A DNA stretch of 64,000 nucleotides, taken from Eledone cirrhosa. Taxonomy: Eukaryota. This document shows, piece after piece, positions 55,124-64,000 of this stretch. Made by a program: the position numbers and the translations under genes. Position 1 is the first letter of the stretch. Each line of letters opens with the position of its first letter. The DNA lies in the NCBI GenBank assembly GCA_964016885.1, contig OZ024745.1, forward strand, positions 103,602,001 to 103,666,000, in the 5' to 3' direction. The notes beneath the pieces were generated by a model. That model did no database searches. It was not told the DNA's origin and worked only from the letters and a program-made list of their open reading frames with translations.

Positions 55124-55984
55124 ATGAGTTGGTATCAAAAAGTTCCCGGACTAGTTATGTTTAAAAAAAAACTAATATATTTACCTAAGTTTTAACATCA
55201 TTTCCTTTGAAATAGTCGCCTTGCGCAGCAATACACCATTACTAGCATTCCTGTCACTTTTAGAATCCAGCCGGTTTTTCATAAGCAAATCAAGGACCTT
55301 CTGTGATTAACCCTGGATCTCCACAACGGTTGTTATGGCAACCTTTGAACCGCATTTTCAGCTTCGAGAAGAGATTGAAGTCTGCAGATACTAAATCTGA
55401 TGAATACAGAAGTGATACAAGGTTGTTTTTGATGAGAAACTCATGAGTGAGGAGAGCTTGGTGACAGGGTTCATTGTTGTTGTGAAGAATCCAATTCTTT
55501 GCACTCCACAGATCTGGTCACTTTTTCTGAATGTCCTCCCTCAAATGCCTCAAAACATTGATGGTCTGGCTCTGGGGGGACAATCCTTGATGCACAATAC
55601 TGCGGATGTTGAAAAAATGATAGAGACATTCTTCTACTTTTGCAGCGCCCATGTCACTCGAAACAGTGCATACAACCCATTGCCTCATCACCATAAGCTT
55701 GCTGAAGCATGCTTCATGTCTCTGTAGCAGAATTCTCAAGTTAAAGGGAAAAATTTCACATTGGCTCTTCGTTCCAAATTCCTGTTCATGACATAATCGC
55801 AGGCTACATCATACATGTGATCACAAAAACACAAATTACTCAACTTGCAAATTGAACACAGTGATATTACTTGGCACACTAGCACATGAAAGTCACTGCT
55901 AGCTTTGACTGTGTGCACAAGTATGTGTTGCCATCTATTGGCATGCTACAGAACTAGTCCGGAATTGTTTGCTACTAACTCGTA
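55124..55984 (-). mobile_element. Internally deleted mariner transposon
   Basis: TIR gagttggtatcaaaaagttcccggactagt / actagtccggaattgtttgctactaactcgta; remnants ERRANVKF, FFNIRSIVH..QTIN, WILHNNN, YSSDLVSADF.LFSKLK. Confidence 0.88.
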
Positions 55985-56489
55985 TATATTAAATATTTGC
56001 ACCCTAGACCTTCCTCTCCAATTTCCACCCCACAAACCTGCACCTCCTCCACTCCACCACCCAGTGCACACTATAGAGTGTAACTAGGTGTACATAGGTG
56101 TAACAACAAAAAGCACCCAGTCCACACTATAAAGTGGTCATGTAGGTGCCACAACAAAAAGCACCCAGCCCACACCGCAAAGTGGTCATTTTGGTGCAAC
56201 GATAAAAAACATGCAGTCCACACTGTAAATATTGTTGACATTAAGAAGGGCATCCAGCCATAGAAACCAATCCAGAAACGGTTCTGTATGTGCAAGATAC
56301 AGTGATCAGTTCTTGCTTGTCTCACAACAGGAGAACTTGTCCAACCCATGCTAGCATGGAAAAATGAATGTTAAATGGTGATGATGATGATGTGTGTGTG
56401 TATATGTATATATATATATATATAATATAAACGGAAAAAATGAAACGAAATTTCATTTCCCACTCTTAGTACGGTTGTTACTTAAATAT

Positions 56490-56807
56490 AAGTATGTACA
56501 CGTACATACATATATGTATACAGACATACAGTAGTATGTATATATATATACATACATGCACACATATATATATGTACGTATGGATTCACCGAACATTTAT
56601 TATAATTATTGTCAGTGTTGAGCAAACGAGCAACGATGGTTGCTGGACACTACGGCTTAATACGGGATGTTTGTTTACAAACACACCGAGCATTATAATA
56701 AATGTTCGGTGAATCCATACGTACATATATATATGTGTGCATGTATGTATATATATATACATACTACTGTACGTCTGTATACATATATGTATGTACGTGT
56801 ACATACT

Positions 56808-56812
<5 letters not shown>
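56490..56812. repeat. Centre-deleted copy of the 53238-53920 palindrome
   Basis: Same arms and same left flank ggaaaaaatgaaa...ctcttagtacgg; hammerheads absent. Confidence 0.85.
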
Positions 56813-56842
<30 letters not shown>

Positions 56843-57799
56843 ATCATATCTGTGTGCATATGTGTCAGTGTATCTTTCTATTTGCATTCTGCATTGCTAG
56901 CATATCATCATCATCACCATCATTATTGTGGGTTGGTAGTATCGGTAGAGGGTCGGACGCCATGCTCTGACGTATAGAGTTACGGCCCTTGCCATTCTGA
57001 GTTCAAATCCCGCCGAGGTTAACTTTGCCTTTCATCCTTACGGGGTCAATTAAATAAAGTACCAGTAATGCACTGGGTAATTGCTGGCCTTGTGCCAAAC
57101 GTAGAAACAATTATTAATAAACATCTTTTCCCTGCTAACAAGAGTTGGATGGGTCATCACCAAGTCAGTACTTAATCAGAGTTACTGATCTCTCATGCGA
57201 TGATATTTGCTTATGTTCTATGTAAACAAGTTTTGCTGCTCAGCAGTTAGAAGTGTAAAGATCCATACCTAACTAATGAAAAATATGTAAAGGTTGGAAT
57301 CTGGAATGGCATTCAGCCATAGAAGTCTATCTCAAAAATTCTTGTCCAGCCTATGCCAGCATGGAAAATTGGACTTAAAACTGATGACGATGATGATGGT
57401 CATGATGACGATGATGATGATGATGATGACGAAAACGACAACATCCTATGACTCTGGCATTATTGCTGTATTTCAAACATTTCACTTGGTTTTTCTACCA
57501 TTTCCAATTGCTGGAGATTAATTTCATATGAAGTAAAAATAATTATTTCTACTTCAGGCACAAGGCCAGATATTTGAACGGAGGAGAGGGGGGGGGGGGT
57601 CAATTGAATTGACCCCAGTGCATTACTGGTACATTATTTTAATGACCCCATAAGGATAAAAGGCAAAGCTTAACCATAGTAGGATTTGAACTCAGAAGGT
57701 AAAGGGCCGTAACTCTGTGTCGCAAAGCATATTGTCTGATGCTCTACTGATACTGCCAATCCACCGCCTTCATAATAATAATAATAATAATACATCAAA

Positions 57800-57960
57800 C
57801 AAGTGGAACACTTACAAAAACCAGCATTGCTTGGGTGGAACAGCCTGAATACTCCGGAATATTCGAAAAATAAGGGGTGTTACCTCAGTTCACTTGTAGT
57901 GAACACCTAACACTGTAATACATCTCCAGCATTAGAAGCTGAGTGAAGAAACAACAATAA
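57800..57960 (+). mobile_element. Short 3' fragment of a second R4-like LINE between (TAA)n tracts
   Basis: ttacaaaaaccagcattgcttgg...acagcctgaatactccgg resembles the LQKA.LLGTA.IL C-terminal motif. Confidence 0.55.
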
Positions 57961-57977
57961 TAATAATTATTATTATT

Positions 57978-58800
57978 CTTTGAGTCTCAGTCATTGATGT
58001 TAGTTAACTGGAAAGTTTGTTGAAATGAATATCAAGCCACTACCTGCAGCCTCAGATATTCAGGACGTATTGGAGGGTTCTTGCTGTTCCCAGCAAGCAT
58101 GCCTTTTGAAGCGTTCCAAAAAGTGTGGCGGGACCAATTTTCTTTAACCATCCCTGGAAACTTTTTGAGATAGTACCTAGTGCGCCTATGACAATCGGGA
58201 CCACTTTGACTTCATGGCAGTTCCAAATCCTTTTTACCTCCCACTTTAAGTCCTGGTATCGGTTAATTTTCTCCCTCTCCTTCTCTTGCACTCTCGTGTC
58301 GAATGGGCAGGCCACATCCACAATCAGGCACGATCTTTTTTCTTTGTCCAAAACCCCAGGTCAGGTCTATAGTGTTCCAGTTTCTTGTCCGTCTGTATCC
58401 TAAAATCCCACAGCACCTTCACCTGATCGTTTTCTATCACCGACTCTGGCTTATGCTCATACCACTTCTCAGAATGTGGTAAATTGTTTACTTTGCATAG
58501 GTGCCAGTGGATCACCCTGCCCATCACATCATGTCTCCAGCCCTTAGAGTGAGTCTGGGCTAGGTGTTTACACTCGGATACAATGTGAGCCACAGTCTCC
58601 GCTCTCTCTCCACATATCCTACACAGTGGGCTAGCCTCCTCCTTGTAAATATGGTGTTTCAACCACTTCGTTTTGAGAGCCTGCTCTTGCACAGCCATTA
58701 ACATTCCTTCTGTAGCCTTTTTAAGGTCTCCTCTTTTCAATCAGTTCCATGTCTGTGGATCTCTGAATTCAGTTTTCTCAAAGAAGGTACTATGAAGGGA
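57978..58800 (-). mobile_element. R4/Dong-clade LINE C-terminus (CCHC + restriction-like endonuclease)
   Basis: CRICGERAETVAHIVSEC, RHD, LWDFRIQTD..RPDL, IVDVACP, KINRYQDL; flanked by (TAA)n on both sides. Confidence 0.9.
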
Positions 58801-58938
58801 TTATTATTATTATTATTATTATGATCTGAGTTCAAATCCCGCCGAGGTTGACTTTGCCTTTCATCCTTACGGGGTCGATAAAATAAAGTACCAGTAATGC
58901 ACTGGGTAATTGCTGGCCTTGTGCCTAAAGTAGAAACA

Positions 58939-58998
<60 letters not shown>

Positions 58999-58999
58999 A

Positions 59000-59034
<35 letters not shown>

Positions 59035-60360
59035 AGCAACTTCAAAAACTGAAAATACTGAATATTTATCTACAAATTACTATTTATACTAACATTGTTT
59101 CCATAGCTTAAGTGATTACAGACTTAACTAGAATTTTGTTTCTTTTTAACATTTATAACTTGGTTTTCATATGAGTCAAGAGTTGAGCAGTTTTCTATTT
59201 GTTTTGTTTTTTGGAAAAGTTTCCTTATTCTCTTTAACATTACAGATATAAAAGCTTATGTTGTTTAACACAAGGCTAGCTTTGATTTAGCAGGTTTATA
59301 ATGAAAAGCTTTTATTTAGATATGGTGTACCTAGGATTATATTATTGAATTTATCCTTTTGTTTTGTTTCTTTAAGATGAGAGTAATGATGTGGTATGGA
59401 TGAGATTTGGTTGCCATTTCTATCATAGAAGAGGTTACATAAATGCACTCTCTGGAGTTCATTTAAAAGCTCATTGATGTAGCAATGTTGACTTGTTGAT
59501 AATGTGTCCTTCCTGTGTATTAGAAAAGTGTTTCAAATTTAATTATCTTCCAATATTCACTAAGTCTTTTCTTGTATTAGTTGGTTGTCTTCAGCACAAC
59601 TAATTAATTTAATAATCGATTCTAGTTTATATGGATCCTGTTTGCGAAAGATACTGTCTTGATGACTTATGGCATCATTTCTTAAATAATTTATATGGAT
59701 GATCTCATGCTGATGGAGTTTCCAAGATATTGTCTTTGTTTAGAATATTCACTTAAATAAGTGGTCTAATGGTGTTCTGTATTTCAGCAAGAAGCTGATT
59801 AGAAGTACATGCAGCAAATACTTATGTTTGTGTGTTATCAGATGTAAAGATAAACATTTCAGACAGAGGTCTTTTGGCAATAAAAATCCATTATAGAAAG
59901 TGTATGATCAGAATTTTCAGTAAAAAAAAAAAATTGTCACTAGAATTGGTAGGCTTTGTGATTAAAGGCTTATGACAATATGGAGAGACAAAGAGCATTA
60001 TAGAGAGAGGCTGGCCAATATAGAGATTCTATGTATGTACATGTAACTCCTGATAGAGTCATGGAGTGCTGATATAACAGCATTTCTTGGGTATTTTTTC
60101 AAACCTGGCAGATCCCATCTCCTCTCCAGGTCTGAACACAGCCAATTTCTTTCACAGAAAGAGAAAGAGAGAGTGAGTGTAATAGAGAAGAGGGGAGAAA
60201 GAGATATAGAGAAAGAATCGACCCCAGTACTGGACTGGTACTTTTTTATTGACCTTGAAAGGATTGGCCTTGGTGGAAGAACACTGCAAAAATTGATAAC
60301 TTTTGATATGAAATAGAGCATAGAGTTTGATCAATAAGATCCCAGAACTAATTCGCTTAC

Positions 60361-60455
60361 CAAGTAGGGTAGTGCTCATCAAATCGAACCAAGGAAACAA
60401 TATTTTCATTGGTATTTCCATTGTTGATACTATCTACCAGTCACAACTCCTGGTT
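60361..60455 (-). other. Candidate 95-nt exon of a minus-strand transcript
   Basis: Acceptor ttgtttcatttcctatcag| and donor TTG|gtaagc in unique sequence; each frame contains a stop. Confidence 0.3.
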
Positions 60456-62515
60456 CTGATAGGAAATGAAACAATGTAAGAATGGTATTTTTTTTAATTG
60501 TTGTCTGTTTCTTTCTATGAAATAGTGCTTTGGTAACCACAAGCAGTCACTAATAACAGGGGGTGCAAGCTCTCCTACCCCGATGTCATCTCCAGAGATT
60601 CTAGTATTGAAAACCAGGTCTTGGCAACTGCAATGAATGAGAGACCCACGTAGAGATCAATTGTTGAGTCCATTTCAGCTGAGGCCACTCGATGATGATT
60701 TCTGTGAATATTCAATATATAATCAATTGTTGTACTGGAGAAGACCCTCTTACCAGCATAAAATGAAGCCTGAAACAGCCCACAAACACCCCCACCCCTT
60801 CACTAGGGCTCCTTAGTAGCTATACTCACTATCACTCTACATACCTATCTCATCTATGCCCACTCTACTATCCCACCTTAGCTATTCTCACCAACCCCTA
60901 AAATTCTGTCACACTGTTTAGAATCCCTTATACTACCGACCATCCCATCTATGCCTCCTTCACAATCACCTCTTAGTAGCTATTCACATCTTCAATATGG
61001 CTCCCTTCTAAAATCCTGACATATTTGTCACTGCCCCCCCCCCCCCCTCTACCTACACTATTGTAGCTAACCCTTCCCCACCTACTCATCACCCTGTCAA
61101 ATACCACAATTGCCATAAACCCATAACATCATCTTTATCTTCCTTTTTTTCTCCTCCTTCCCTCACCCCAGAGAAGGCCCTTCAATTGAGGGAATAACTG
61201 ACAACCTCTCTAGTGCTGGTGCTATGAAAATGCACCCAATAAGGTAGATGTTGTAAAAACCATAAGGGTAAAAAAAAACCTTCGGTTGTGTCAGTGATCT
61301 AAATGATAAACACACCCAGTAAATGTTGTAAGGCGATTAGTGATAGGAAAGGTATCCAACTGTAGAAAGCTTACCAAACAAATGATCAAGAGGACCCTTC
61401 AAAGAAATAACAACCTCTCTGATGGTTGAACTGTATGTAAGTTAGAATGTAGGTCACCAATCCATCTGAGAGATCAATAACCACACTTGTGTACTGACTG
61501 GGTGAGTGAAAACCAGTCCAAACTTTGCTAGCAGGGAAAATGGATGAATCAACAATCAACCATAATAATAAGCCATGTGTGTTAATATATTTATATGTAC
61601 CTTCATCTGCAACTCTCAAAATGTACACACAATTATATAATGCCTTTCCTATATCAGTCATGTCGCTACAATAATAAGTTCACTTTCTAATCACAAGAGG
61701 GTATGGCATGATTCCGTAACTCCTGATAAAGTCGTAGGGGTACCATATTGACATACAGCATTACTTGGGCATTTTAAGCCTGGCGGAGCCCATCTCTCTC
61801 CAGGCCTGAGTACAACAGATTTCTTCCAGAGAGAGGAAGAATTGACCCTAGTACTAGACTGGTACTTTTTTTTTATTGATCTCAAAAGGATGAAAGGCAA
61901 AGTTGACCTCGATGGGATTTGAACTCAGAGAGTAGAAAGCTGGAACCAAATACCATAAAGCATTCTATCCAACGTTCTAATAACTTTGCCAATTCGCCAC
62001 CTAATCACAAGATACTGGGTTCTAACTTGACATTTGTCGCTGTAAATTACTATTTATCCAAAAATTACTCATACGTTTAATTTTATGTTATTTGTAGGTA
62101 TATCCTAAACATTTATGTAATTATATCCTAAAAATATATTATTAAAATATAATTTTTATTTTTAATCACTTCCACATGTCAGTAATAAATATAAACTATA
62201 GGGTTTCTCTTATGCAAACCTTAAATATCCCAGTTTTTATAAATGTTCATATGACCAATAATCCTTGTATATATGACATAACAATTCTGGACTCCAGAAA
62301 TTAAATATATTCAACACCATTGCCATCATTGTTGACAACACTGATCCACTGCTCTAATATATTTTCTATTTGTAAATTCATCGGCCTTTATTTGACATTT
62401 ATACTTGGTCATATTGTTCTGAATATAGGAAAGTTTACAAAGATTGTTTGTTCCAATCTTATTGTTTATATATTTATAAGTGGAAATTTCTGGATGTGTG
62501 AGAGTGTGTGTCTGA

Positions 62516-62599
<84 letters not shown>

Positions 62600-62763
62600 G
62601 AAGGAGAGAGTGCGAGAGAATCTGTGAATATGTTAAAACAATAAATATTTTTCCTATAACAATACATTCTTTCAAGTACCATTAATGAATGAAAAACATG
62701 CTTTCTGACTAAAATTTTACAAAGTCGCACTCCTTTATCTAAGTTTCCATCTCTCTCTCTCTC

Positions 62764-62803
<40 letters not shown>

Positions 62804-63344
62804 AGTTGGTTAGGCTAGATATAGGAAAGGGGGAAATAAATTATGGCTGACTGTGTCCACAAAAGGTATAGATGATAAGGCCTGAAAGAAACACTCTGCC
62901 TAAAATGTATACTTACAAATACTCTTACAGGGTGGACTGGGTGCTTTTTTGTTGTGTCACTAGTATGACCACCTTACAGGGTAGATTTGGTGCTTTTTTT
63001 CTTGTGTCACCAGCATCATCACCTTACAGAGTGGTCTAGATGCTTGTTTGTTGTGTCACCAACATGACCACCTTACAGAGTAAACTGGGATCTTTTTTTG
63101 TTGTGTCTCCAGCATGGCCACCTTACAGGCTGGACTGGGTGCTTTGTTGTTGTGTCACCAGCATGACCACTTAACAAGGTGGATTGTAACACCAAATGCA
63201 CCACTGTTTTTCTTCAGCTTTATTTTCGTGCTAGCTTGGGTTGGAGGCGTCATATTCTGAAACTAAGCAGGGTGGATGATTACAACTTGCTCATATATTT
63301 CTGCTTACACTCTATGGCTGGCTATCCTCCCTATTGCCAACCAC

Positions 63345-64000
63345 TTTTATTGTAGCACCAGCAGTCCCATTTTACAGCATGTACTGGGTATATTTTCTTG
63401 TAGCACCAGCACACCCATTCTACAGCATGTACTGGGTATATTTTATTGTTGCACCAACACTCCCATTTTACAGTATGTTCTGGGTATATATTAATGAAGC
63501 ACAAGCACTCCCATTTTACAGTTTGGACTAGATACATTTTATTGTAGCACCAGCACTCCCATTTTACAGTTTGGACTAGATACATTTTATTGTAGCACCA
63601 GCACTCCCATTTTACAGTTTGGACTAGATACATTTTATTGTAGCACCAGCTCTCCCATTTTACAGTTTGGACTAGATACATTTTATTGTAGCACCAGCTC
63701 TCCCATTTTACAGTTTGGACTAGATACATTTTATTGTAGCACCAGCACTCCCATTTTACAGTTTGGACTAGATACATTTTATTGTAGCACCAGCTCTCCC
63801 ATTTTACAGTTTGGACTAGATACATTTTATTGTAGCACCAGCACTCCCATTTTACAGTTTGGACTAGATACATTTTATTGTAGCACCAGCTCTCCCATTT
63901 TACAGTTTGGACTGTATACATTTTATTGTAGCACCAGCACTCCCATTTTACAGTTTGGACTAGATACATTTTATTGTAGCACCAGCTCTCCCATTTTACA
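63345..64000 (-). repeat. 48 bp minisatellite (family C subunit variant), runs off the window; diverged relatives at 62925-63185
   Basis: Unit ttttattgtagcaccagc(a/t)ctcccattttacagtttggactagataca, next to a family C 3' end at 63210-63345. Confidence 0.95.

Overview
Eukaryotic, AT-rich, microsatellite-saturated DNA, almost certainly intronic or intergenic. The SINE/LINE repertoire suggests a coleoid cephalopod (Octopus-like); this is an inference. No intact host protein-coding gene is visible, and nearly all listed ORFs are translations of simple repeats. Recognisable elements: decayed RTE, Tx1/L1-like and R4/Dong LINE fragments; two 5'-truncated Penelope-like elements (RT+GIY-YIG) with inverted pseudo-LTRs; a deleted mariner; piggyBac- and hAT-type MITEs; dozens of tRNA-derived SINEs; and several satellites that grew inside SINEs. 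The most striking hidden signal is about 11 type I hammerhead ribozyme motifs on both strands. They occur as tandem pLTR arrays, inverted repeats and outward-facing palindromes, and include a repeated non-canonical core (CAGAAGA), Y-Y or C-A mismatches at stem II position 10.1-11.1, and one chimeric core. All structures were read by eye; element boundaries are approximate.
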